Shown here in pieces: positions 13,443 to 26,100 of a stretch of 64,000 nucleotides of DNA (position 1 is its first letter; every line of letters starts with the position of its first letter). Source of the DNA: Raillietiella orientalis (Eukaryota). The notes under the pieces were generated by a model. That model was not told the DNA's origin, made no database searches, and was given only the letters and a program-made list of their open reading frames with translations. The DNA is taken from positions 3,038,001 to 3,102,000 of the forward strand of contig JAYWIR010000015.1 in NCBI GenBank assembly GCA_036172245.1, read 5' to 3'. The position numbers were made by a program, and so were the translations under genes.

Positions 13443-14142
13443 TCCACCCCGGGATATCCTGCCAGTCAGAATCGCAGGCGTGGACAGCACGAGGGGGTGG
13501 TGGTGGACGGAAAGCCCGGGGCGCAGGATAGCACGCTGTTAGGCACTCATGTGGGGTGATCCTGGAGCTATGCGGGGCGGTGGTCCAGGAAGGAGTATCT
13601 GCAGCCTGAGAGGACCCCTTTCGAGCCACTTGGCACTCGACCTGCCCGCAGCCGCCACGCCGCGGACGTCGCTCCGGGAAAACGGTTCCTTCCTCCTTCC
13701 CCTTCCTCCCTCGTCCCGTTCTCGAAAGAGGTCACCGGAGTAGGGGAGCGAAGGCTGACTAGAAGGCGCCGCCGTTCTCACGGAGGGTTGTCGGACCCCC
13801 TCGGACAACTTTTGACTTCTCCCGCAAATCTCTTCCCGCCGCGAAAGAGAGCGGAATGGCCCGGGCAAACCTGCCTCCAGTGGTCTCATTAGAGTCAGGG
13901 GCCTTCATGCCCCGAGGGCAACGGACGACCAGGGAAGGTCAGATGCATGCCCCTCCTGACAGTCAGGGGTCATCCGTGAGCCAGGATGTCTTTGACGGAC
14001 GGTCGGGAAGGCCGCCGAGAGGAAGAAGGGCATGTCCTCCCTCCATTCACTTAATCTCCATGAATACCCCCCTTCATCCCGCGTTTCCAAAGAGGGGCCT
14101 GCACTTGAGGCGGCTTCCCATCGCGGGAGTGGCATGCGTGGA
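13443..14142 (-). repeat. Composite inverted copy of arm A + arm B, joined at tcga (13621-13624)
   Basis: Read on the minus strand it is arm A running directly into arm B (ggctcga|aaggggtcctctcagg). The left-hand copies are 2.0 kb apart. Confidence 0.95.
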
Positions 14143-16965
14143 GGGAGGACTCTCATTTGGGATGAAGGAGCCGCGGCGCAGGAGCCTCCTGTCGTTGCGC
14201 TCCAGCGCCGCTACCCCCGAAAGCGGACGAACGCGAGTAAAAGGGTAGGAGCAAGGCTGAAAAACGGGGACTCTTGCGAGGGTTCTAAGGGGACTGTGGG
14301 GACTCCGGGAAAGGACACGGTCTCGCTTTCTTCTCGATGACCTTATTCCAGGAAGGAAGCAAAGGGTGTTCCAGCTTCTCCTCAGGCTCGAGGAAGGAGC
14401 ATGTTCTCGCTCACCCTCACCCCTCCATCTCCACCCCTCTTCTTTTAGGTTGCTTTCCGAAGGCAGCGCAGGTGGTCGCGAAGGATGAGCATCCAGGAAG
14501 AAACGGAAGGCCATCTTCCTCCCCATCCGCTCTGCTGCCTCCGCAGTAGATGGAGCCTGCCTGGGACTCTGCGGGGTGATTTCGGTCCCGAGTCCGAGGG
14601 CTGCGAACTGCAACAGGAAGGAAGAGGGGTTAAAGAGTTAAAGGGGAAGTCACGGAAGTGACAAGCGTTTCCTGGAAGGTGTCCTGGGCTCTCCAAACCT
14701 CCGAGGGCATCGCTTGAAGTGGGCGGCAGAACAAGTAGGAAGAAGGATGAAAGTCCACATCTTCCTCACGTCTTCCCGAGAGATACGTCCACCCCTCTTC
14801 CCCTCCCCCTTCCCCTCCGTTACCGTGACGACGCCTTTACGATCTCTTCCATCTGGATGCATTAAGGCCAGGGCATCGCTAAGTGACCTGAGTGATGCAT
14901 CGAGATAAATGGTGCAGATAAAAAAAGCATCCGGCGGGCAGACGGTCCTCTCCTGATGGCGGCGGCGACGGCGGAGGCAGCGGCGACGGACGAACGGGGC
15001 ACCGCCGCTAGCCGCCGAGATGCTTCGCCTCCGAGGGCGACGGCGAGCGGCCATCGCGCTTCGTGGAAGAGGCTCCTCCCACCCCACTCCGCCACCTTCT
15101 CGCCCTTCCCCTCCCATCCACTCCGCTCTGTCCCTCCTGAGAGAGAGGGACCAGACGATGATGCGCACCGCCCCGTCCGAGCGTGGGCGGGAGGGGATGC
15201 TCCCGGGGTCTCCTCGTCAGCTGAGAAAAGGCTCTAGGAGCCCTTCTATACTCCCATCCCGAGGGATGTGAAAGCCGAACGACGTAGCTCTCGCTTCTTT
15301 TTCTTCTCCTTCCTCGAGACGAGGAGAGCTTCTCCGGGAAGTGGATTTTGCTCCTACAGGGGCGCGTCTGCGTAGGCGGAAGACGCCGAGAACAGAACCG
15401 TTCTATAAATAGAACTGCTCGGTGGACGGTGATGATCGATAGGATCGAACCCGATCGATAGAATGCGGAAGCAGGAAGGGGGGAGGAGTGAGGAGGGGGG
15501 TTGTCCCCAAACCGATCTTATAAGTTCACACTGCACCCACGTGCACTCATCCCCTTTCCAATCCTCTACTCCGCCGCCGTGGCTATTCGTCTCCCGCGTG
15601 AGTTCCCAGGTGCTTCCGTGGCGGTCCCGACGAACATCGGCCGGGTACCTCTAAAGAGGGGAACCTACTCTCCGGGAAGCGCGTGCCACTTCCCAGACGT
15701 CCTCCTCCTCTCAGAGAGGTGGTGGGGACAGACGACAGTCGGAAATGAGCCATGGAGACGCCCGGCAAGAGGCGTGGCGTAGCGGATGAAATCGGGGCGG
15801 GATTACGGGGAGTCTTGCTGGAGTTCCAGATGAAGGGACGGAGGGAAGCGTCCGGGGATAGGGAATAAAAAAAGAGGGAAGTTAAATGAAGTGGGAGGGG
15901 TAGTACTAACCTCCGCACACTTTCAGGATACAGGAGAAGTCAGCAGGAGAGATGATCCGGACCGAGAGAGCCCTTGTAGGGTCCTCGAGAGCGATGCCCC
16001 ATAACCTGGAAAACTCAAGGCAGTGATGGTTCCCCAGAGGCATCGTGGCATCCTGGTCTCCCAGAACGAAGATCCTCGTTAGCCGAGGGGGCTAGGAATA
16101 CCAGGCTGCAAGAGATGAGAGATGTGAGGAGATTCTGCCTCTTGGATTGGGAAGAGTTCCGAGAAGGGAAGACCAGGATTGACCTCAACAAGGAGGTGTC
16201 CAAGAACACTCCAGCAAGCCTCTCTGGGACATTTCTGGTTCCTACTTCTTTCCCGGAAGCCATTTTTCTTGGAACTTCGAAATTCTTTTTGAGTTCGGCC
16301 ACTGGACCTGCTTCCAGCGAGAAGTTCGAATGGGTCGTGCTCCCGTTTGGTAAAGAGGAGCCACTGGCGACGCTTAAATGGGGCATCCCTCAGAGAGACC
16401 TTAGAATTCGGGAACCACAAGGCAGCACTCGGATGCCTGAAGGTGCCCAGAGGGGACCGGCTAGGCTCGCAAAAATCGGGAAAAGGATTCTCTCTCCATG
16501 TGCGAGGGGAGTTCTAGGGAAGCACCAGTTACATCCTTTCTTTTCCTCCCTCGTTCCCACACGATCGGATCGCTTTACTCGCAACCGAGGGTAGCAAGTT
16601 CGGCGAAGGGAAGCACCTCAGAGGTCCTGGAAGCAATCCGACTTGAGGTCCGGACACTCCATTGGGGAGTCATCCCGAACTTCAGGACAACGATCCCCGA
16701 GCATGCGTCAGTACGGCGCCTCCCCGTCGATGAGGAAGCGGACGTTTTCATGGGAAACCCAAGAAGCCAAAGTTTCCTGAAAATTAACTTGGAGCGGGGA
16801 GAGAAGAGGCAGCCCCTCGGACGTGAGCCTACTTTGAGACACCAGCAGAAGGGCATACGACCACGGAGCCTTCAATTCGATTCCCAGAAAGCTCTGTGGG
16901 ATTGTGAGCGTCTGCATGTCTCAGAGTTGGCGGATTTCCTTAATTCGGATGTCATCCTATGGATC

Positions 16966-17181
16966 GGTTTCCCCGTTTATAAATACACGGCTTCGTCTAA
17001 ATATAGCACGCAGGTCGCATTGTTGGTGAGTTTCCCATGCATAAATATGCGCCTGCATCTAAATATAGCACGCAGGTCGCATTGTTGGTGAGTTTCCCAT
17101 GCATAAATATGCGCCTGCATCTAAATATAGCACGTGGGTCGCATCGTTGGTGTTTTCCCTGTCAGTAAATACACATCTGCA
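16966..17181. repeat. 62-bp tandem repeat (minisatellite), about 3.5 copies
   Basis: Unit tctaaatatagcacgcaggtcgcattgttggtgagtttcccatgcataaatatgcgcctgca starts at 16996, 17058 and 17120. The first two copies are identical, the third is degenerate, and a degenerate partial copy precedes them. Confidence 0.95.
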
Positions 17182-20100
17182 CATCTGTACGAAGGTGCTA
17201 TTGTTAATGGACATCCGCAGTACTCGCACATTGGCCCAAAAGTCAACACGCGCTCAGTTCAGCTTTCAAGACCGCATTCATTACTGCTGTGCCTTGGCCT
17301 CAACATCTTGCGTCAGAAACACTCGAGGACACTTGACATAACAACGGTGCAAACGACACTCTGATCGACTCTGATTGTTCGCTAACGTTTCTGGTTATGG
17401 ATACGAGTGAGTGTACCGTACCGTACACGCTCGCACAGAGAAGCGATCGATTTCCCACCACTCAGATGAGAACTCTGCTCGCGCGGAAACCGGGAACTCT
17501 CGGTCAGGGAAGCAGCTTCCAGAAGAAATAAACAACTTCGGAGAGACAGCGAGGAAGAAGAGCGCAACTTCAAGGAATGGCGCTCCGGGAATGTAAACTA
17601 CACGTGGGACAGACAGCACTTTCGTGTTGTTATGACAACCCCGTCACATTAATGGGTGAGCGACGCCGGAGCAGGATCTCTACAGGAAACGGATTCTTCC
17701 CGGTAGAGGGAGCAGCAGACTCGATCCCTCGCTCGAATGCCCAGGGAGCTTCTCACCGTCACGTTTCTGAGCGGCAGGCGAAAACGGAGATCAGAGATGC
17801 TGATATCCGGTGACATGGGTGATATGGAACGGATGACGCACCTGCACCGGTTGCCTAGCAACCGGGTCCGAGCCCCTCGCGTTCGCGTCGCTGTTGGTGT
17901 CCCGAGGGTGCTCGGCTTGCATGCTCTGAGATGCTTTCGCGTGTTCTTCCGCGTAAACACGCCTTTTCCCTGAGGGACCCCCGCAGGCGGGATCCAAGGG
18001 GGGAGGGGGGCTCTGATTCCCTCTTAAGCGCTTCCCATTCTGCCGACATGGTGGAATACAGGAGGAGGTACAGCAGCGGCTAGCATCCCGGCGACCTGGT
18101 GTGCCTGCGAAAGAGAAAACATGGGTCTTCGCCAGACGCTCTCCTGAAGGAAAGAGGTGCATCTTTCCTTTCCTAGAGTCTCCCTCCACTGACCTTTCCG
18201 CTCCCCTTCCCGGCCTTTCCCTCTTCCGGACTCCCCCCTCCTCCTCCTCAAAAAAAACTCATCTAAGCCAGAGCACTCCTTCAGTAACCAGCAGTCCCGT
18301 GAGCTCGGGTAAATCCCATCTGCTGGCGGGGAAGCATGTTTTATTAGGAGGGAGCAATCCGGGACCCCTTTCCTATCCTCCTTCCAGGAAGGGATGTTCT
18401 CGGGAGGTCCGAGACTGGCAGAGACGGAGCAGAGGAGCGCGCATTTCTGTCCACTCCTTCTGAGAGCGTCCCAATGCCGAAGAGGAAGGAGGAGGGCATC
18501 GGAGGAGGCGGCAGCAAGCCAAACGAGTTCCAGTGCACGGTCCCGGTTTCTCGGAAGTTCGGTAAACGGGAACCAGGGAGCTCCGACTGCCTGATTTCCG
18601 CTTCCGACGAAGTGCCGGTGTTCCTGCGGAAACAAAAAGAGGCAGGAGAGGAGAGACAGGGAAAGGAAGCAAGGGGGGATCAGTTTCCGGGAATTTCTGG
18701 GATTTTTTTTTCTCTCTTGGGAGTTCATCTCGTAGAGTTTTGAAATCTCGAGAGATTTCCGCGCTCTGCCGCAGGGTTTCTCTCCAGACAGGGCAGCTTC
18801 ACGGAGGTTCCCAGCTCACCCCCATTCCTTGATCGACTTGCTGCAGGAGCTCCTGCTGAACAAGGAGGGGGGAGAAGAGTTTAGGCCGGAATGGATGTCT
18901 CTTCCCAGAACGCGGGTCGCTTGTCTCCAGGGGCAGCAGAAATCCGCGACAAGACCCGGACTCCTGGAGGAAGACGTCTACAGTCCTGCTTCCCATGCAT
19001 TCGGCCTCCCCTAGTCTGTGCGAGGGTGGCGGATGCGAGCTAGACACGTCCTGGGCTCCGGGGAGGAGGGGAAGAAGTTCCTCTTCGGGAGACGGACGCG
19101 AGATTGCATAATTCATGTTCCCCCTGGACGTGACCGGTCGCGGCAGGATGGACGCTCTCTGGGCGACCCCTGTTTGCTCAGAGCGTGCCCTTGCGCCGGG
19201 ATATGCATAAATTATTCATTCCAGCAGCAAACGGGAAGCTCAGGGCTTGCGCCGCGTCTCCCTGGAGACGCGGAGCGCACGCACGGCGGAGATAGCACGC
19301 CTGACAGGCGCGTGACGCAGGGGAGGGGATGCCCCAGGCACTCTTCAGAGGAGGGTGGGCAACTACTTATGGCTCTCTGCCACCAAGGAGAGGAAGGGTG
19401 GGAGGGGAACGGAGACCTGTCCTCTCCTTCTCTCAGCTCCGTCTCTCCTTTTTCCAGAGCCCTTGCTAAGGAGCTTTCCCGTGAAAAGAAGCAGGAAAGG
19501 AAGGAATAAAGGGAAGAGAGATTCGCGACCTCCCTCTTCTCCAGCTGGGTGGGAGGAAGGGATGAAAAGGGGAGCAGGCATCTGGAAACTCTGTGGTGTG
19601 CTCCTGGGGGACAAAGTCGAGAGGGCTCCTGTCTACAGGCTGGGACTTCTGCAAGGGGGGCAGTCCGGAGCGGATGGCAGAGAAGGGATGCCTACTGAAG
19701 GCCTGGAAGAACAACTTTGAGGAAGGGTGAGGGTGAGAGTGAGGTGAAGAAGGATGGTTCTCCACTTCCTGTACTGTTTCTTCCTTGCCCACGACCGCCC
19801 ATCCAGAAAGACGAGTTCCCATGGGGGGTTTTCCCCATGCCCTCGGGAAGACCTTCCGTTCCTGTTCTCTACTGAGACGCTCACTCAAATGTTCTCCCTG
19901 AGGAGAAAGCAGTCCCATCCTAGAGTTTCCTTCTACCATCCTCCTCGCGCCCCTTTCTTCTCTTTTCCCTTCCTCAAAAAAGGCTCTCCAAGTCCTTCGA
20001 TGGCTGGCGGCAGCAGGGAAGCTCCTGGAATGCTCGCCATTCCTGCCTTGCGTCCCGACCGACCTCGAAACCTCGAGATGCCCCTTCCCACCCCCATGTC

Positions 20101-23100
20101 ATCCCATTAAAACGAATCGCCCCGCGCGTCTCCGCCGCTGCCACTGGCGTTCTCTCTGGCTTTGGCGCCCCCCAACGTGGAGTTACCAGCGGAGGAGGCA
20201 AGCAGGAAGTTAGGGTGGGAAGGGGAGAACGGGAGGGAGGACGGACGAGCCTCCCCAGAGCTCCCCGGGGAGCCGGACAGAAAGCGCAGACTGCTGGGAG
20301 AGGTCTTATCGGATCGGGAAGCTTCGCCTCTTCCCGGCCTCAGGAGGAGCTGCGGCCGAATCCCGCAGGGAGAGGTCCAGGAACGTGCACAGCTGCCTTT
20401 TCCTGACTGCTCCCCGTGGCGCAGCTCTTCTTTGGCGGGCCTCCTGTTCCCGAAGAGCCCCTCCCTACTTGCTCCGGCTTCCTTCGAGAAACCACAATTG
20501 TCGCCGTCGTTTTCCTCTCCTGTCTCGTCCCGTGGAGCACCTCATCTTCCATCTCCCTCTCTCCTGGACGTCAGCCCTCGAGGAGACACAGAGGAAGGGG
20601 TTCGAAAAGATTCCAGGGTGTTTTGGGGAAACTCTCACCTTGAAAGAAGAACCTCCAGGGTACCCGTCCGGTGGTTCCCTGGCTCTCTGGGAAGGGTCGA
20701 CACAGTTACCATCATCTCCAGTGGAGGACAGCGAGGAAGCTCCAAAGGGAGCGTCTCGAGTCGACCTCCCGCTCCTTCCTTTCCTTTCCTCCGAAAACGC
20801 TGGCCCTCTGGAGAGTAAGGAAAGGCCCACGAATAGGGGGACGGACAGATGAGAAGGGGATACAGCGAGCAGTCCCCTTCTTCCCCCCCCCTCCCCCTCT
20901 TCCTGATCCACTTGCCTCTCCGCTTCCTTCTGCACACACCGAGGCTTCGGAGGCAGCGCCATCGGCATCCTCGTCGCCGCCGTGGCCGCGGCCGCCGGCG
21001 ACGGCGGAGAGGGGGAGGAGGGAAGCGCTCGGAGAAGAGACTGCCGCCACCGCCGCCGCCCCTGATTTATGGCCGGGAGAGCCCGCGGGATGGCACCGCG
21101 GGGGGAATCCACTTAGCGCCGGAGAAGGCTGCTGTCACCGCGTGACGCCTCCCGTCTACAGGAGCGCTCCCGCGCCTCGAGCTCCGGAGTGACGGGAAGC
21201 GCGGCGTGCGTTCCCGTCGGTCGGGAACAACGCAGATCTCCCCTTTTCTTTCTTTCTCCCTCTCCTCCCCCCTCTTTCTCTCTTCCCGCCTATCCCTCTT
21301 GTTTTTTCTCCTCCCTTCCTCCCCCACTTCCCTCTCCCTCCCTCTCCACGTTTCCCCTTCCTTCCCGCTTCCTCCCTTTTCGCACATGCGAGGTGGGAAA
21401 GCCGGGACAGACGGCGCCGGGTGCCTTCGCGCGCGCGCGTCGCCAATGCACCGGCGCCTTGACGTCACCGGAGGCGGCGGCAGTCGCATCCGCGTCTCCC
21501 GTCACCTGTCAACGGAAGCACCTCGCCGCCCTGCCGAGGTGCTTGGTCGGGAGAGCCCGAGGGCATCTTCCCGGCAGCTCCCTTGCGGGAGGGCCGTGTC
21601 CCTTCCTCTAGTTCCCCTTTCGTCTCTCTCAGCACCCGGGGCGAGGATCCGGGACCGAGGCTGAAGGGACGCGAGGTGGCATCCAGCGGGATTCCGCCCC
21701 TGAGCGTGCTCACCCCTTCACACCCTTTGCGGCCGCTCCCGGCTGCGCGCCCGCGCCCTTGCAGCCGTCCACCATCTCCTGGAGAAAAGGGCGGCACCGC
21801 GAGAGGACTCTCCCTCCTTGGAACTCACGCGACCGAGCCGCGGAAAGAGGAGGGAGGCGAAGATCTCAGGAGGAGGCGGAAGGGAGCTGCCGGAGCAGAG
21901 GAGGGAGGACTGATCGCACTGCTCCCCCCTCCCATCCCATGCCCCGGGTGAGGACACTGCGGCCTCGCTGCCTTACCGACGACGGCGCACGTGCGGACCA
22001 CTCGGCCCCCACCTGCGCGCGGGCCTTTCCTCGTTTGTTCCCGGAGTCAGAGAGCCCTTCCCGTTGCTGCTCTTCCTCCTCCCCTCTTCCAAGGGAAGAG
22101 GGAAAGAACAAAGGCGGGAGGCCGGCAGCGGCGAAACGCGATCTTCCCGGCAGAGAGCCCTCCATGGCGGCGGCGGCGGCGGCGGTTACAGCCACCACGC
22201 CGTCCCCCTGGAAACGGCCGTGGCGCCAGCATCGGGACAACTGGTGTTTTTTCCCTCCACCCCTTCGGCAGGCAGGGAGGGGGAGGGGGGAACAGCTCGC
22301 GGATGGCAGGAACGGCCTCCCACGCCCCTCTGGGAATTCTTCTGGGTCTGACCCACTCTGTGACCCCCACGCCTCCACTCTCACCTTCGCCCCGGACTCT
22401 GCTTTCCTCGCTCGGGCGGTCTCCCGACAATGCGCACTTCCCCTCGATCGAACGTGCGCCCTTCCTAAGAAGCTTCGAGGGCAGGGAGAGGGTAGGAGGG
22501 GGCGGAAGGAAACCGACTATCCCCTGACTCGCCTCCCCTCCCTTTCTCCCTCCCACCTCCTCGCCTCCCGTCGCTCTCCTTTTTCGTTTTCCCTGGATGC
22601 AAAAATAAAAAAATAAAAACGGGAAGAGAAGGAAGGGCGACGCCTCCGAGAAGAACGCTACTGCCGTGTTCAAGGAAGGAGTGGGGTGCAGGGAAGGAGG
22701 AAGAGGGCTACCCGAGGGCAACTGCCCGCCGATGCCCTTCCTTGTACTCCAAATCGCCCTTCCCCGACCCTCTTTCTTCTTCTTCCTGTGTCGCTGCCGC
22801 GCTCCTCCTCCTGCTCCTTCTTGACGGCGCCGCTCTCTCCAAGGTCTCATCCTGGTGTGCTCGGGACGAGCGCTTCTTTTCCCCCCGTCCTCTCACCTGC
22901 TCTAGGAGCGGGGAACTTTCCAGGAGCGCTCCCCTCCTGGCGCGTGCGCTCGCACCGGGAGAGAGAAAAAAAGGCAGGCCGTCGCTACTGCCGGCGTCCG
23001 GGACCTCCCTCGAGTCCTTCCCGGCGCGCGACATCCCGAGCGTCGATGCGCCGGCACCTCCCTCCCGGCAACGAGTAATGCAATCCCGCTAATCCCCCTC

Positions 23101-26100
23101 TCTCTGCTCCAGATTATAGTGCGATAATGATTTTCCCCGCCGAGGCAATGGGATGCCAGGAAGAGGGACGAAAAGGGGACGCCATCCCCCTCCCACCGGG
23201 GAGTGCGGTCCCCCGGCGCTCTGCATCCGCGTCCTTCTCGGGAAGAGGAAACGGGGGGAGTGCAGCGTCCCTAACGGGATGATTCCGTTCCTCTGGAAGT
23301 GGGAGATGCTAATTAGAGTCGGGAGGCGCGACGGGCGCCCGGGATTAGCCAGCGGCGTCCGGCAGGGCGTGAGGCTGAGCGCCGGTGATGGGACCCCCCA
23401 TCTGAGGGAGGATGCGAGGAGGCGTAGAGGGGGAGGGTGGGGTCGTCGGGAGGCTGCTTTACAAGAGGGACAACCCGTCCCACCCCTCCTCGCCCATTCC
23501 GTTTCTTCCCGTCGCTCGCCAACGCCAACGCAGTAAAGCACGTTCGAAAGCGCTCTTGTCCGCGAGGGAAGAGGAGCGGACCTTTCCCTTTCCCAGGAAG
23601 ACCGGGAAGGACGCGGAGCGCCCGTGTGAAGGGAACTCACGCGCCCCGGGCTGCGCGCGCAGACGCCGGAGCCCGCGAGACGCTGAGGCGCGTCCGCCCG
23701 CGCCCGCGCCCGGGATATCGCGTTTCTCCCTTTCGGGACGCAGTCAGTGGAGCGCAATAAAAGCGGCGCGCGCGCGCCGAAAGCCGCCGCCTCGTCGGCG
23801 GGCGCTCGCGCTTTCCGTCCCGGCGGACCGTCCGGGAAATCGGGAGACGACCGCCGTCGACCTCCGGGAGGGAAGAGGAGAAAGGGGCGAGCAGGGCTGG
23901 GGAGCCGAAGGGAGGGACGGATGGGAAGTGGGGAGGGGCGAAGGCAGATGCGATGACCTCCGCTTGGCTCCGCGCCTGCGAGGTGCCGCCGCGCCTCGAG
24001 AGGCCGAGAGACGTGAGGGAGGGAGAAGGGGGGGGAGAGAGAGAGGAAGAGAGGAGTGGGGAGGAGGGAAAAACCTCCGCTGCCCATTAACTCGGGAGCG
24101 CTCCCTTATCGCGCCCTCCTTATCGGTCCCGGGCGCGAGCGGGAAGCTTTCGCTGTAATGGAGGGGCAGCGTAAACAGGCGACCCGGCCTGCCCTCTCGG
24201 AATGCGTGCGCAGGACCGAGGTGGAGGAGGGGACACTCGCTGTCCGTCTCCGTGGAGACGCGCGATGGCCTCTGCGGCCCCTCCCTCTTACTGCACCGGG
24301 AAGGGTGGCGCGAATGCGCCTCTGCAGAGCACTCCCTGTCCCACTCTACTGCTGCGGGCGCAGCGGAACTTCTCGGGAAAAGGAAGCCCTCAGACGGGGG
24401 CAATCGGGAGGAGACGCCTAGGGCTGCGTCCTTGGACCACGGCACCTCTCCTTCCCCTCTTTAGGGGGAGGCCTTACGGCGGCATCGTGTCCGGGAAGAT
24501 GGCGCGTCGGATGAGGTGGGCGGCAGCGATCCTTATGGAGTGCCTTCCTGCCGACCCGTCTGCAGCGAAGCTTCCTCTCGAGGGCCGGAGATGGAGGGGG
24601 AGGGAGGAAAGGGAAGGCGAGAAGATCTGATTCCCGGGAGGCGCCTTCCCCGTTCCGCTCCGAGGAGGGACGGCTCCTCGGTTCATCCTTCGGGTGCGGC
24701 GAGTGCCTCCATGAGGGCGAGGTGTGAACTCTTCCTGGTGCTTCCTTTGCCGCTGCGAAGCAGGAACAGAATTCAGGGATGCCGAGTCCGATTGAGGGTC
24801 TCCAGCATCCAGGCTGCTGCCGTGGGAGCGAGGGAACTGGACCTTCCCTTCTTGGCAGGGAGGGAGAGAGACCTGGGTCAGGAGGATGAGTTTGACCGGG
24901 GACCTTGTCCGTGGAGACATCGTCCGCTCCTTCGAGCGCTGTTGGCAACGCAAGGGCAGCGAACCGACGAGGTAAGGGGAAGTTGCCCGGAAAGCGCTGA
25001 CAAAGTGGGCTGTTTTCCCGGGAGGTTCCCTGGGAACACTTCCGGGAGAACTTTGCTCCCCTAGAACAACCTCTGTTTGCCCCGATCGCTCTCAGCCGCA
25101 GAGGACCCTTGCTGGCTCCCGCACATTCCACCCCACTCTCTAGCAACAGGCCCAGAGTTATCCCTCGGGGCGGGCGGTGGCACTGCATGGCAGGACTCGG
25201 GAGCTGCTCCGGGAGCGCCCACATGTACCCTTCCGCGGCGCGGTGTCGGTTGCCCTCGACCCACTTCCCCTTCCTCTTCCTCCTCCTCGAAGGGGTGAGA
25301 ACGAATGGACCCCTGGAAGCGAAGGGCCGTTCCGCTTCCTTTGGTGCCTGCTTGCCCCTCTCGTAATCAGGTGACCTGCGGAGCGAGGAGGAAGGGGGAT
25401 GGACCGATGGTGATCCTGTTTTTTCCGGACGTCCCGGAGGGTCGGAGAGCCAGAGAGGAAGGAAGGGGAGGGGGGTTCCCGTGCACCTTGCGCCCGCTGA
25501 GCGGCGGCGACGGGAGGGGGATGTGGAGGTCCATTAACCGGCAGCAGTCCATTAGCGACGGATTGCCGTTCCGTCCCTCCTCCTCCCCCCCTCCTCCTCC
25601 CCCTCTCCCCCCCTTTATTTTCCCCCTTCCCTCTCCCTTCCTTCCCCCCTAATTGCTTTTATGGGTTCTCGGGCGGACCCGAGTGGCTTTGTGCCGTCGC
25701 GGGGAAGGAAACGGTGACTCCCGGATGCCCGCCGTTTACGGTCGGACGCGGCCACGCGCGTTCCCGTTAATCCTCGGGACATCGCAGCGCCGTCGCCGCC
25801 GCCGCCGTCGTCGTCATCGTCGTCAGGGCAGGCAGTGTCAGGGTGGGAGTCGGCCTCTTCCAGCCGGCCTCATCACGACAGTCGTCGGACGGACGGATGA
25901 GGGGAGGAAGAAAGGGAGGAAAGGGTGGATGGACGGGGGGCGGGTAGGTCGTCGCTGCTCCCGGAGTGCTGCGGCCGCCGCCGCCGCCACCGCACTGCCT
26001 GCTCCTCGATAGCCGCCCGATAACATCGGCGGCTCTTTCGCAACCTCCGTCGCCCGGGCGACTAAAAGCATCGTCCCGAGGCAGGACGTTCCGGCCTTGA

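Noticed and set aside
9798..14248. Duplicated ORFs MARANLPP... and MRPLEAGL... as a duplicated gene
   Set aside because: They exist only because of the inverted repeat, diverge at its edges, overlap on opposite strands and have no recognisable domain.
15441..15453. tRNA/SINE B-box (GGTTCGATCC on the minus strand)
   Set aside because: No A-box at the right spacing and no cloverleaf.
16966..17181. CRISPR array
   Set aside because: Units are head-to-tail with no unique spacers, there are no cas genes, and the context is eukaryotic.
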